Notes under the pieces: generated by a model | What the model was told of the DNA's origin: nothing | Seen by the model: the letters and a program-made list of their open reading frames with translations, nothing else | Databases searched by the model: none | From: an uncultured Clostridia bacterium | Lineage (GTDB): Bacteria > Bacillota > Clostridia > TANB77 > CAG-508 | NCBI GenBank assembly: GCA_934155265.1 | Contig: CAKPGU010000009.1 | Coordinates: 10,702-74,701 of the forward strand | Direction: 5' to 3' | DNA length: 64,000 nucleotides | Made by a program: the position numbers and the translations under genes | Shown here: positions 36,396 to 46,771 of the stretch, one piece after another | How the letters are laid out: each line of letters starts with the position of its first letter | Position numbering within the stretch: position 1 is the first letter of the stretch

Positions 36396-39122
36396 ATGAG
36401 TAGATTAGTTTTAATTGACGGAAATAGTATAATGAATAGAGCATTTTACGGAATTATGGGTAGTAAGATGTTAACAACAAAAGATGGAAAGTATACAAAT
36501 GCAGTATATGGATTTTTAGCAATTATGTTTAAAATCTTAGATGATATAAAACCTGAATATTTAGCTGTAGCATTTGACCTAAAAGGTCCAACTGCAAGAC
36601 ATGAATTATATAAAGAGTATAAGGCTAATAGACATGGAATGCCTGATGAACTTGCTGAACAAATGCCTGTTATTAAAGATGTTCTAAGAGCTATGAATAT
36701 TGATATAATTGAGAAGCAAGGTTATGAAGGTGATGATATCCTTGGGACTCTTGCAAAATATGGAGAAAAGCAAGGGCTTGATGTTGTTATTCTTTCGGGA
36801 GATAGGGATACTTTTCAACTTGCAAGTGATCATATTACTATCAGAATTCCTAGAACTAAAGGAGGAAAGACTGAAACAGAGGATTATAATAGGGCTAAGG
36901 TTCTTGAAGAATATGGATTAGAACCTGAGCAGTTAATAGAAGTTAAAGCATTACAGGGTGATACATCTGACAATATTCCTGGTGTTCCTGGGGTTGGCCC
37001 TAAAACAGCAATTTCACTAATTCAAAGATATCATACAGTAGATGAATTATATAGAAAAGTTGAAGCGGGCGAAGATGATTTAAAAGGAAAACAAAGAGAA
37101 AATATTGTTAATAATAAAGAGATGGCTGAACTTTCTAGAAAACTTGGAGAGATAAATACAAACGTTCCAATTGAAGACACATTAGAACAAATTAAGTTAG
37201 AAGAGTGGGACAGACCTAAAGTTTTAGAATTATTTGAAGAACTTCGTTTTAATAGATATATAGATAAATTTGGGTTAAGAAATGCTTTGGGTGATGGCAT
37301 CAATGGAACAAATACTGAAGATACTAAAGAACAACATTTTGAAATTATTGAAACAAATGAAATTCCTAGATTAATAGATGTGGACGGAAAATGCAAATTA
37401 TATTATTTCTTGCAAACAAAAGAAAATAATAATTCTGATAATATAATTAAAAAAGAAATAACAGGAATAAGTATATATTCAGAAAATAAAATATATTATA
37501 TAGTTTCACATGAAGGTTTTAAAGATCAATTAAAAGGCATATTTGAAAATGAAAAAATCGAAAAATATGGATATGACTTAGCGCAAGACTATATATTATT
37601 AAAACAAATTGGAATAACAATGAAAAATATAGTATATGATGCAAAAATAGCTGCATATATACTAAATCCAACAAGTAAATATACAATAGATGTAATAGCA
37701 AGAGACTATTTAGAAATAGATAATGCCGAATATTTGCAAAGTCAAGGTGTAAAAGAAGAAGCAAATGAGCAAACATCATTATTTGATGTAAACGAAAAAG
37801 ATTCTCAAAAAGAAGAAAATGAAAAAATTGAAAATTGTTTATATGCAGAAGAGGTCTTTAAATTGGCAGAAGTAACAATGAAAAAACTAGAAGAAATAGA
37901 TGCAATAGACTTATTTAAAAACATAGATATGCCTACAGTAGAAGTACTTGCAGAAATGCAATGGAATGGAATGTATGTTGATGTACAAGAATTAGAAAGT
38001 TATGGACAATCACTAAAAGACAGACTAGAAATTTTAACAAAAGAAATATATGAGCTTTGTGGAGAAGAATTTAACATAAATTCAACAAAACAATTAGGAG
38101 AAATCTTATTTGAAAAGTTAAAATTGACAGTAGTAAAAAAGACAAAAAGTGGATATTCAACAGATGTAGATGTCTTAGAAAAACTAAGAGATGAACATCC
38201 CGTTATAGAAAGAATATTAGAATACAGACAATTAATGAAATTAAATTCAACATATGTAGAAGGAATGAAACCATATATAAATAATAAAACGAAAAGAATA
38301 CATTCTTTTTTCCATCAAACAATAACAGCAACAGGAAGAATCAGTTCAACAGAGCCAAATCTTCAAAACATCCCAACAAGATTTGAGCTAGGAAAACAAT
38401 TACGAAAAGTATTCAAACCAGCAGAAGGGTGTCTATATATAGACGCAGACTATTCGCAAGTTGAATTAAGAGTACTTGCGCATATATCAAATGATGAGCA
38501 TATGGTGCAAGCATTTAACAACGGAGAAGATATCCATAGACAAGCAGCATCAAAAGTATTTAATACACCGATAGATGAAGTCACAAAAGAACAAAGAAGT
38601 AATGCAAAAGCTGTAAACTTTGGAATAGTTTATGGAATAAGTGACTTTGGACTAGGAGAACAATTACACATATCAAGAAAAAAAGCAAAACAATATATAG
38701 AACAATACTTAGAGCAATATTCAGGAATAAAGAACTTTATGGATAATGTAGTTGAACAAGCAAAAGAAAACGGATATGTAGAAACATTATTTAAGAGAAG
38801 AAGATATATACCAGAATTAAAATCAAGCAATTACATGGTACGTCAGTTTGGAAGTAGAGCAGCAATGAACACACCAATACAAGGAACTGCTGCAGACATT
38901 ATGAAAATAGCAATGATAAATGTTTTAAAAGAACTAAAATCAAGAAACATGAAATCTAAGATTGTGCTTCAAGTTCATGATGAAATGATGATAGAGGCAA
39001 CCTTAGACGAAGTAGAAGATGTAAAAGAAATCTTACAACAATGCATGGAGTGCGCATGCAAATTAAATGTGCCATTAATTGCTGAAGTTTCAGAAGCAAG
39101 TAATTGGTATGACTGCAAATAA
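36396..39122 (+). CDS. polA: DNA polymerase I
   Basis: 908 aa. N-terminal 5'-3' exonuclease motifs (LVLIDGNSIMNRAFYG). 3'-5' exo-like region. Polymerase motifs (RRxAKAVNFGIVYG, LQVHDEMMIEA). GGAGG RBS. Confidence 0.95.
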   Translation: MSRLVLIDGNSIMNRAFYGIMGSKMLTTKDGKYTNAVYGFLAIMFKILDDIKPEYLAVAFDLKGPTARHELYKEYKANRHGMPDELAEQMPVIKDVLRAMNIDIIEKQGYEGDDILGTLAKYGEKQGLDVVILSGDRDTFQLASDHITIRIPRTKGGKTETEDYNRAKVLEEYGLEPEQLIEVKALQGDTSDNIPGVPGVGPKTAISLIQRYHTVDELYRKVEAGEDDLKGKQRENIVNNKEMAELSRKLGEINTNVPIEDTLEQIKLEEWDRPKVLELFEELRFNRYIDKFGLRNALGDGINGTNTEDTKEQHFEIIETNEIPRLIDVDGKCKLYYFLQTKENNNSDNIIKKEITGISIYSENKIYYIVSHEGFKDQLKGIFENEKIEKYGYDLAQDYILLKQIGITMKNIVYDAKIAAYILNPTSKYTIDVIARDYLEIDNAEYLQSQGVKEEANEQTSLFDVNEKDSQKEENEKIENCLYAEEVFKLAEVTMKKLEEIDAIDLFKNIDMPTVEVLAEMQWNGMYVDVQELESYGQSLKDRLEILTKEIYELCGEEFNINSTKQLGEILFEKLKLTVVKKTKSGYSTDVDVLEKLRDEHPVIERILEYRQLMKLNSTYVEGMKPYINNKTKRIHSFFHQTITATGRISSTEPNLQNIPTRFELGKQLRKVFKPAEGCLYIDADYSQVELRVLAHISNDEHMVQAFNNGEDIHRQAASKVFNTPIDEVTKEQRSNAKAVNFGIVYGISDFGLGEQLHISRKKAKQYIEQYLEQYSGIKNFMDNVVEQAKENGYVETLFKRRRYIPELKSSNYMVRQFGSRAAMNTPIQGTAADIMKIAMINVLKELKSRNMKSKIVLQVHDEMMIEATLDEVEDVKEILQQCMECACKLNVPLIAEVSEASNWYDCK

Positions 39123-39170
39123 TTTAGGGACAGGTACAAAATTTATCTTTTTATGAAATTTTGTAAAATT

Positions 39171-39292
39171 GGGGACACATCTTTATTCTCTGAAAGTCGC
39201 ATGAAATAAGGATTATTAAGAAAAGTGAAAGAAATATGTGCAAAATGTACCCGGTCCAAAATTGAAAAAGTGAAAAAAATGTACCCGGTCCT
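39171..39292. repeat. composite REP-B + REP-A element downstream of polA
   Basis: GGGGACACATCTT .. AAAGTCGCATGAAATAAGGA .. TGTACCCGGTCC x2, same orientation as 36222-36376. Confidence 0.75.
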
Positions 39293-39313
39293 AAATTTAA
39301 AGGAGAGATACGA

Positions 39314-39904
39314 TTGAACAAAAAGAAGAATAAAAAAGAAAGAAAAAAAGTTAATATATTATTTAGAATTTTACTGATAATTATAACAATTGTGATGATA
39401 GTATTATCCTCAAAAGCTTTTAACAAAATAGTGAAAAAGAAATTATATAAAAAAGAGTATTCAGAATATGTTAGCAAATATGCAGAGGAATACAATGTTG
39501 AGGAAAATTTGATCTACGCATTGATAAAAGCTGAAAGTAATTTTAATGCAAATGCAGTATCTCATCAAAATGCTAAAGGATTGATGCAGCTTATGCAGTC
39601 TACGGCGCAAGATTTAGCTAATAGAAGTCAAGTAAATCTTACCAAGGATAATATTTTAGATCCTGATATTAATATTAATTTGGGAACTCAATATATTGCA
39701 TCATTACTAAATAAATATGATAGCATAGAGGTGGCTCTTGCGGCATATAATGCAGGAAGTGGTAATGTTGATAAATGGATTAAAAATGGTACTATAAAGT
39801 CTGATGGCTCTGATATAGAAAATATTCCATATAAAGAGACAAATACTTATGTTAGAAAGATAATGAGAGATTATAAGATTTATAATGAACTTGACACATA
39901 TTGA
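39314..39904 (+). CDS. lytic transglycosylase (SLT domain) with N-terminal membrane anchor
   Basis: KAESNFNANAVSHQNAKGLMQLM and AAYNAG motifs typical of the SLT/GEWL family. N-terminal TM. Confidence 0.8.
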   Translation: MNKKKNKKERKKVNILFRILLIIITIVMIVLSSKAFNKIVKKKLYKKEYSEYVSKYAEEYNVEENLIYALIKAESNFNANAVSHQNAKGLMQLMQSTAQDLANRSQVNLTKDNILDPDININLGTQYIASLLNKYDSIEVALAAYNAGSGNVDKWIKNGTIKSDGSDIENIPYKETNTYVRKIMRDYKIYNELDTY

Positions 39905-39953
39905 CAAATTTTAAATTGATTGTTAATATATAGGCAGATAATAGGAGGTTTAA

Positions 39954-40454
39954 ATGATATTATATCCTAATGCACACTTTAATAATGTAAGAGAAATTAC
40001 AATAAATTTTTTAAAAAACAATAAAATAAATGCATTAATTTTAGATGTGGATAATACATTAATAGATTATGATAAAAATCTGTCACAAGATACAGTTGAG
40101 TGGGCAGAAAATTTAAAGAAGAATAAAATAAAGTTATATATATTATCGAATACTAATAAACAAGAAAAGGTAAAAGAGGTTGCGAGAAAGCTTCAAGTTG
40201 AATATATCTATTTTGCAAAAAAACCGATGAAATCAGGATTTAGAAGGGTTCAAAAAATATTGGATGAAGAACCTGAAAATATTGGAGTTGTGGGGGATCA
40301 AATTTTCACAGATGTGGTTGGCGGAAACAGATGTAAAATGTTTACAATCTTGGTAGAGCCAATTGCAGAAAAAGATATTTGGATTACTTTAATCAAAAGG
40401 CCAATAGAAAATGCAATCAAAAAAAGATATATGAAAAAAATAGAAAATAAATAA
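39954..40454 (+). CDS. HAD-superfamily phosphatase (YqeG-like)
   Basis: HAD motif I LILDVDNTL. Motif III/IV GVVGDQIFTDVVGGN. Confidence 0.7.
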   Translation: MILYPNAHFNNVREITINFLKNNKINALILDVDNTLIDYDKNLSQDTVEWAENLKKNKIKLYILSNTNKQEKVKEVARKLQVEYIYFAKKPMKSGFRRVQKILDEEPENIGVVGDQIFTDVVGGNRCKMFTILVEPIAEKDIWITLIKRPIENAIKKRYMKKIENK

Positions 40455-40502
40455 CATAGGAAGGGGTGTATGGTTTAATAGCCGTACAGAAGTAAAAGTA
40501 AA

Positions 40503-41255
40503 ATGTACATAAATGATACACATATAGGATTTTACATAGTTGCTGCAATAGTTGGATTGTTAGTAGGACAATTTTCAGATTGGATGAATAAGAGATTGCC
40601 AGAAAATAAAAAAGTGTTTTCGCTAGACATATTCAGAGCTCATAGAATTCAATTTAGACCTAATTACATTATAATGCTTGTAACATCTGCAATTTATGTA
40701 GGATTAGTATATAATTTTGGAATACATGATAGTTTGATAGGAAACTTTAATTTAATAAAATATGCGATACTAACACCAATGCTTTTATCAGCATTTGTTA
40801 TAGATTTTAAGCACAAAATTATACCAGACAGGCTTAATTTAACAATTTTTGAAGTAGGAATTGTAATTGCATTTTTATATGGATTTTCTAATGTAGCAAT
40901 AACAATAGATTTATTATTTGGAATGCTTGCAGGTGGAGCAATATTTGCAATAATAGCATTAATAGGTGGAATGATATATGGAAAAGAAGCGATGGGCTTA
41001 GGTGATGTTAAATTTATAGCAGCATTGGGACTATACTTTGGATTTACAAATATAATAATTATTTCTGTAATGTCATTCTTGTTAGGAGCAATTATAGGAA
41101 TAATTCTGTTAGTTTTCAGAATCAAAAAAACAAACGAATACATACCATTTGGACCATTTATAGTAGTTTCTACATTAGTATGTATGTTTTTACCAGCAGA
41201 ACTAATAATTGGTACAATGAGAACAATTTTTACATTGGGCATTTATAAAAAATAG
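40503..41255 (+). CDS. prepilin (type IV leader) peptidase, A24 family
   Basis: Polytopic membrane protein with the conserved GLGDVKFIAALGLYFG block of A24 peptidases. No N-terminal zinc-finger or methyltransferase region. Confidence 0.7.
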   Translation: MYINDTHIGFYIVAAIVGLLVGQFSDWMNKRLPENKKVFSLDIFRAHRIQFRPNYIIMLVTSAIYVGLVYNFGIHDSLIGNFNLIKYAILTPMLLSAFVIDFKHKIIPDRLNLTIFEVGIVIAFLYGFSNVAITIDLLFGMLAGGAIFAIIALIGGMIYGKEAMGLGDVKFIAALGLYFGFTNIIIISVMSFLLGAIIGIILLVFRIKKTNEYIPFGPFIVVSTLVCMFLPAELIIGTMRTIFTLGIYKK

Positions 41256-41272
41256 AAAGGATGTAATCAAAA

Positions 41273-42331
41273 ATGAATCGAAAAATGCAATGGTTAAGAA
41301 ATCAACTGTTAAGCTTAGATTTACAAGGGATGATAGTTTCAAATCCAATAAATATCAAATATCTAACAAATATCGAAGCAGAAGGGATATTATTAGTAAC
41401 TAGAAAAGAGAATTTATTTATAACTGATGGAAGATATATTGAAGATGTGCATAACACATTAACTTTATTTGATGAGATTGTTGTATATGATGCAAGAGGG
41501 CTAACAAAAGATGATTATGAAAACTTTTTTATGTTTTGTGAAAATGTTGGTTTTGAAGAAAATTATGTGACATATGCAAAATATAAAGAATATATTCGTA
41601 AATATAAAATTAATAGTTTAGTTGAAACTGAAAACATGCTTGAAAAACAAAGAATGGTAAAAGATGAAGAAGAAATAGAAAATCTTAGAAGAGCTTGTAA
41701 AGTTACAGATGATTGTTTTGAACATATTGTAAATTATATTAGACCAGGAATGACTGAAAAACAAATAGCAAGAGAAATAGATTACTATTATTATAAACAT
41801 TCAGAAGGATTATCATTTGATACGATTGTTGCATCAGGAGAAAATTCATCAAAACCACATGCAGTTCCAACAGATAGAAGAATTCAAGATAAGGATATAA
41901 TAACAATAGACATGGGCTGTAAAATAAATGGTTATTGTTCAGATATGACAAGAACAATTTTTGTTGGAGAAGTTCCAGAGGAGGTTAAACCTGTATATGA
42001 TTTAGTATTGAAAAATCAAGAGCAAGCATTGCAAGATATGAAAGATAATGCAAATACAAAGCAAATTTCAAAAATGGTTGACAATGATTTTAGATTGCAT
42101 AATTACGATTTGATTCATGCATTAGGACATGGTGTAGGATTAGAAATTCACGAAGGACCAATTTTAAGTATTAATTCTGAAAATGTTTTGAGAGAAAATA
42201 TGGTTGTTACAGACGAACCAGGTATTTATATTGCGGGACAATTTGGTGTTAGAATTGAAGATACAGTTCTTATTACTAAAGGAGGTTGTGAACCTCTTAC
42301 AAAATCTCCTAAGAGATATGTTGTTGTGTAA
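41273..42331 (+). CDS. Xaa-Pro aminopeptidase / M24B metallopeptidase
   Basis: M24 motifs DMGCKINGYCSDMTRT, HGVGLEIHEGP, GVRIEDTVLIT. Confidence 0.85.
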   Translation: MNRKMQWLRNQLLSLDLQGMIVSNPINIKYLTNIEAEGILLVTRKENLFITDGRYIEDVHNTLTLFDEIVVYDARGLTKDDYENFFMFCENVGFEENYVTYAKYKEYIRKYKINSLVETENMLEKQRMVKDEEEIENLRRACKVTDDCFEHIVNYIRPGMTEKQIAREIDYYYYKHSEGLSFDTIVASGENSSKPHAVPTDRRIQDKDIITIDMGCKINGYCSDMTRTIFVGEVPEEVKPVYDLVLKNQEQALQDMKDNANTKQISKMVDNDFRLHNYDLIHALGHGVGLEIHEGPILSINSENVLRENMVVTDEPGIYIAGQFGVRIEDTVLITKGGCEPLTKSPKRYVVV

Positions 42332-42353
42332 AAAGTGAAAAAAAGGAAAAAAA

Positions 42354-42399
42354 GGACCGGGTACATTTTTTACTAATCTGTAAATTTTGTACCCGGTCC
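42354..42399. terminator. REP-A hairpin acting as a likely bidirectional terminator after the M24 peptidase gene
   Basis: AAAAAAAGGACCGGGTACA..TGTACCCGGTCCTTTTTTT. Confidence 0.7.
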
Positions 42400-42455
42400 T
42401 TTTTTTCACTTTACAATTATTTTGAAACATGTTATAATACCAAAAGAGTAAATTA

Positions 42456-42792
42456 AATAGTCGCTGGTAAATTTCGAAAGGAATTACGAGAGGAAAGTCC
42501 GGGCTCCATAGAGCAAAGATGCTAGATAACGTCTAGTGAGGGAGACCTTAAGGAAAGTGCAACAGAAAATAACCGCCTCTAATTTTTTAGAGGTAAGGAT
42601 GAAAAGGCGAGGTAAGAGCTCACCGCTGGCATGGTGACATGCTGGGTCAGTGTAAACCCCATTTGGAGCAACACCTAAGTAGAAGATTAAGCCTGCTCGG
42701 CGTCTTCTGAATTGCGTGGCTTGAGGCATATAGTGATATATGTCCTAGATAAATGACTATTTTAAATGACAGAACCCGGCTTACAGATTTAC
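42456..42792 (+). ncRNA. rnpB: RNase P RNA (bacterial, type B-like)
   Basis: Conserved P4 strands GAGGAAAGTCCGGGCTCCATAG near the 5' end and ACAGAACCCGGCTTACAG near the 3' end. Internal conserved GGTAAGAGCTCACC and CCCCATTTGGAGCAA elements. Exact ends are approximate. Confidence 0.85.
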
Positions 42793-42842
42793 TTATATTT
42801 TTAATAGTGTAGATATAGTTCTATGCTATTTTTTTATTATAA

Positions 42843-43003
42843 AGGGGTGTCCCCAGTGGTAAAAAAATTTACCATAAAGGGGCATCCCCAGTGGTAAAAA
42901 AATTTACCATAAAGGGGCGTCCCCAGTGGTAAAAAAATTTACCATAAAGGGGTGTCCCTAGTGGTAAAAAATTTTACCATTAATGAGTGTCCCCAGTGGT
43001 AAA
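42843..43003. repeat. REP-C 35-bp tandem array (5 forward units) downstream of rnpB
   Basis: GGGG(T/C)GTCCCCAGTGGTAAAAAAATTTACCATAAA repeated 5 times. Overlaps the 3' end of the RluA-family gene on the minus strand. Confidence 0.85.
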
Positions 43004-43902
43004 TCTGAATTAAACTCTAAGACTTTATTGGTAATAGGATGTACAAATGAAATTTTTGAACTATGTAATGCTTGTCTGCCTATTATTTTTGTTGAAGACA
43101 AGTTTTTTTCAGACACAGGTTTATCAGTATTATATGAAGAACCATATAATGTATCTCCAAGCAAAGGATGCCCAATCGCGGACATATGAACGCGAATTTG
43201 ATGTGTTCGGCCAGTTCGCAAATAGCATTTTACAATCGAAAAACATTTTGAGTTAATTTCTATTTCTTGTAGAACTTCATAGTCAGTAATTGCAGTTTGC
43301 CCACCATGGACTGAAACACATCTTTCTATTATGCTGTTTTCTTTTCTAGCAATAGGTAAATTAATTGTTCCTTTTGGATTTTCAAAATGCCCAGAAGCAA
43401 TAGCGGTGTATTCTTTTTTAAAGAGATTTGATGCCATTTGTTGAATTAGACATTCTTGGATATATTCACTTTTTGCAAAAATAATTAAACCAGAAGTATT
43501 TAAATCAAGCCTGTTAACAGGACGGATTTTACGTTTTAGTCCAATACTTTCGAAATAATATTTAACACCATTAGAAAGAGTATCTTCAAAATGTAAGACT
43601 GATGGATGTACTGCAATTCCAGCAGGTTTGTTTAAAATAAGAAGTGCTTCATCTTCGTAAACAATATCAAGTTCCATCTTTGTAGAAGTAATATTTTCAC
43701 TTTCTTCGTCAAAATCTAAATTAACTGTAATTACATCATTTTTGGAAACTGCTGAACGTGAATCAACAAATATATCATTTAAAAATACATGTTTTTCTAC
43801 AATAATTTTATGTTGCAGTCTTGCAGAAATATGAAATTCTTGTTTTAATATTTGATTTATATTTTGATATTTTTCGTCTTTTACTATATATTTTAAAATC
43901 AT
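42958..43902 (-). CDS. RluA-family pseudouridine synthase with S4-like N-terminal domain
   Basis: Catalytic-site block HRLDLNTSGLIIFAKS and GRTHQIRVHMSAIGHPLLGD. The C-terminal ~14 codons (..LGTLINGKIFYH) are encoded by the 35-bp repeat array, so the true stop is uncertain. Confidence 0.8.
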   Translation of the reverse strand: MILKYIVKDEKYQNINQILKQEFHISARLQHKIIVEKHVFLNDIFVDSRSAVSKNDVITVNLDFDEESENITSTKMELDIVYEDEALLILNKPAGIAVHPSVLHFEDTLSNGVKYYFESIGLKRKIRPVNRLDLNTSGLIIFAKSEYIQECLIQQMASNLFKKEYTAIASGHFENPKGTINLPIARKENSIIERCVSVHGGQTAITDYEVLQEIEINSKCFSIVKCYLRTGRTHQIRVHMSAIGHPLLGDTLYGSSYNTDKPVSEKNLSSTKIIGRQALHSSKISFVHPITNKVLEFNSDLPLGTLINGKIFYH

Positions 43903-44085
43903 AATTTGGTTTCCACTTCCTAAATAAAAGTTTGCTTAATCAGCCTAATTATATCACATTTCGTTAGAGTATCAAAGTATATCTTTATTTTTCTATATAA
44001 ATATGATAAAATGTTTGCAGATTTAAATCAATTTAATCTGCAAAATGATTGAATTAAAAGAATAATTTAAGAAAAGAGAGAATTT

Positions 44086-45651
44086 ATGATAAGATTAAAA
44101 AATATAAAAATAAGAGAAAACCTAAATGAAGAGCAAGTTTTTAAAAAGGCGATATCAAAAAATAAAATAAGACCAGAAGAGGTAGAAAAATGGTATATCT
44201 ATAAAAAATCAATTGATGCTCGAAAAAAAGATGATATCTTTTATAATTATACAATAGATGTAGAATTGAAAAATAAGAAAAAAGAGACAAAATTTGAACA
44301 AGTGGAAGCAAACGAATTTCCAAAGATAAATTTAAATAGAGAAAGTAATTATCAGCCTGTAATAATTGGAGCTGGTCCAGCTGGATTGTTTGCAGGTTTG
44401 ATTATGGTTGATAATGGAATTAAACCAATTATTTTAGAGAGAGGAAAGCAAATAGAAGAAAGAATAAAAGATGTAGAAGAATTTGTCCAAAAGAGAAAAT
44501 TTAATATAGCATCAAATATACAGTTTGGAGAAGGTGGGGCTGGAACGTTTTCAGATGGAAAGCTTAATACTGGAAATTCTTCAAATTTATATACTAGGAA
44601 GGTTTTAGAAGAGTTTGTTAAGTTTGGTGCTCCAAAGGAAATTTTATATACAGCTAAGCCTCATATAGGAACAGATAATTTAAGAAATGTTGTGAAAAAT
44701 ATTAGAGAATATATAATTTCAAAAGGTGGAAAAGTTTTATTTAATGAGCAAGTTACAGATTTTGAGATTAAAGATGGTAAAATTAAAGCAGTTAAATGTT
44801 CAAAAAGAATAGAAACCGATAGTGTCATTCTTGCAATAGGACACAGTGCAAGAGATACATTTAAAAGATTATATGAACTAGGGGTTGAAATAAATCCTAA
44901 GAATTTTGCGGTAGGAGCAAGAATTGAACATTTACAAGAAAATATAAATATTGCTCAATATGGCGAAAATCCACAGTTAAAAGATTTGCCAGTGGCTGAT
45001 TATAAGCTAGTTTATCATGCTAAAAATGGAAGAACTTGTTATACATTCTGTATGTGTCCAGGTGGACAGGTCATGGCATCAAATTCAGAAGAAAATTCTA
45101 TTGTAACAAATGGTATGAGTAATTTTGCAAGAGATGGAAAAAATGCAAATAGTGCATTACTTGTAAATATAATGGTTGATGATTATTATAAAAATTCACC
45201 ACTTGATGGAATGTATTTTCAAGAAGAGCTGGAGAAAAAGGCTTTTGATTTAGGTGGGAAAAATTATAATGCACCTGCACAAATAGTTAAGGATTTTTTG
45301 GATAATAAAGAAACTGTAGAATTTGGAAAAGTGAAGCCAACATATATGCCGGGTGTAACTGGTGCAGATTTAAATAAGATTTTACCACAATTTGTATCAG
45401 AGACAATGAAAGAAGCTATAATTGAATTAGATAAAAAATTACATGGTTTTGCAGATAATGATGCAGTTTTAACTGGAGTTGAAACTAGAAGTTCTTCTCC
45501 TGTTCAAATTACAAGAAATAAGACAGATTTAAATTCTGTAAATGTTCATGGTTTATATCCTTGTGGAGAAGGTGCAGGCTATGCTGGTGGAATTATGACT
45601 GCTGCAGTTGATGGAATTAAATGTGCTATAAAAATACTCGAAAACAATTGA
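44086..45651 (+). CDS. FAD-dependent oxidoreductase (uncharacterised FAD-dependent dehydrogenase family)
   Basis: Rossmann GxGxxG motif VIIGAGPAGLFAGL. GAGTFSDGKL. C-terminal CGEGAGYAGGIMTAAVDG. Confidence 0.7.
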   Translation: MIRLKNIKIRENLNEEQVFKKAISKNKIRPEEVEKWYIYKKSIDARKKDDIFYNYTIDVELKNKKKETKFEQVEANEFPKINLNRESNYQPVIIGAGPAGLFAGLIMVDNGIKPIILERGKQIEERIKDVEEFVQKRKFNIASNIQFGEGGAGTFSDGKLNTGNSSNLYTRKVLEEFVKFGAPKEILYTAKPHIGTDNLRNVVKNIREYIISKGGKVLFNEQVTDFEIKDGKIKAVKCSKRIETDSVILAIGHSARDTFKRLYELGVEINPKNFAVGARIEHLQENINIAQYGENPQLKDLPVADYKLVYHAKNGRTCYTFCMCPGGQVMASNSEENSIVTNGMSNFARDGKNANSALLVNIMVDDYYKNSPLDGMYFQEELEKKAFDLGGKNYNAPAQIVKDFLDNKETVEFGKVKPTYMPGVTGADLNKILPQFVSETMKEAIIELDKKLHGFADNDAVLTGVETRSSSPVQITRNKTDLNSVNVHGLYPCGEGAGYAGGIMTAAVDGIKCAIKILENN

Positions 45652-45716
45652 AAACATTGACTTTAAGGCACTAATTTGGTAAAATATATACATAACCATA
45701 ATACAAAATCCAAAAT

Positions 45717-45974
45717 ATGAAAGGAAGAAAAGATATGACAAAAAGACGGTTTATGGGAATTATTATGATGATAGGAGCAATTGGAATAGGCATATATGAG
45801 GGAATATGGGATTTATTCATAAAGTCTGCTATTGACTTGATACAAACATATGATTCTTGGAAATTCCAAACAGTAACCTTTGATGTGCTTAAAATTTTAA
45901 TATTTTTTCCAATGTTAATGCTCTCAGCATATGTACTATTTAGAATAGGACAAATGCTATTCCTGGACGAGTGA
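45717..45974 (+). CDS. small membrane protein (85 aa)
   Basis: Two hydrophobic segments. RBS-like GAAAGGAAG. Confidence 0.35.
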   Translation: MKGRKDMTKRRFMGIIMMIGAIGIGIYEGIWDLFIKSAIDLIQTYDSWKFQTVTFDVLKILIFFPMLMLSAYVLFRIGQMLFLDE

Positions 45975-46042
45975 AGGTATTTTGGTGTAATAAAGCTATC
46001 TTTTTTTAGGATAGCTTTTTAAGTATAAATCAGGAGAAATAA

Positions 46043-46771
46043 ATGAAAAAAATAATAATAGATAAGCGAATGCGTCAAATTGAAAAAGAAAAAATAAAAG
46101 AATTAGGATATGAAATAATTGAAATAAATAAAAGTAACAAGGTATATGAAGAAATATCATCACATGTAGATATATTTGTATGTAAAACTGAAAAAAATAT
46201 AATTATAGAACCAAGTCAATTTAATAATATCAAAGATAAATTACAAGATAAAAAGGAGCAACTAATTAAAGGAAATGATGAAATCGAAAGAAAATATCCA
46301 TATGACATAAAATACAATGTTTGTACAATAGGAAAAAAAGCTTTTCACAATTTTGAATATACTGATTCAAAATTAAAAGAAGAATTAATTAAACAAGGAT
46401 ATGAGTTGATAAACACAACACAAGGATATACAAATTGTTCAATAGCTGTAATTGATGATAATTCAGCAATTGTGACAGATAAGGGGTTATTCAAAATATT
46501 GAAAAAACATAATATTGATGTTTTATATTTAGGATATGAGCCAGACATTAAGTTGTTAAATACAGATGATTATAGTAATAGAAATGGTTTTATAGGTGGT
46601 GCAATTTCTAGACTAGGAGATAAAATAATCATTTTTGGAGATTTAAATAAAATAGATATAAATGGAGAAATAAAAGAATTTATAAATAAAAAAGGGCTTA
46701 AAATAATTGATTTCAAAGGCATTGATGTAATAGATTATGGTGGAATAATAGAAATTTTTGAAAGGGGTTAA
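46043..46771 (+). CDS. hypothetical protein (242 aa)
   Basis: ORF with GGAG RBS. No motifs recognised. Confidence 0.4.
   Translation: MKKIIIDKRMRQIEKEKIKELGYEIIEINKSNKVYEEISSHVDIFVCKTEKNIIIEPSQFNNIKDKLQDKKEQLIKGNDEIERKYPYDIKYNVCTIGKKAFHNFEYTDSKLKEELIKQGYELINTTQGYTNCSIAVIDDNSAIVTDKGLFKILKKHNIDVLYLGYEPDIKLLNTDDYSNRNGFIGGAISRLGDKIIIFGDLNKIDINGEIKEFINKKGLKIIDFKGIDVIDYGGIIEIFERG

Noticed and set aside
40694-41242. 182-aa minus-strand ORF
   Set aside because: It lies antisense inside the prepilin peptidase gene, with low-complexity Ile/Asn-rich composition typical of AT-rich antisense frames. The same reasoning applies to 5877..6368, 20424..20663, 21060..21326, 37031..37396, 50687..51115, 51395..51697, 51772..52299, 54953..55303, 56600..57112 and the numerous 60-110-aa antisense ORFs inside the giant gene.
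42484-42729. 81-aa ORF on the minus strand
   Set aside because: It lies entirely inside the RNase P RNA gene, so it is spurious.
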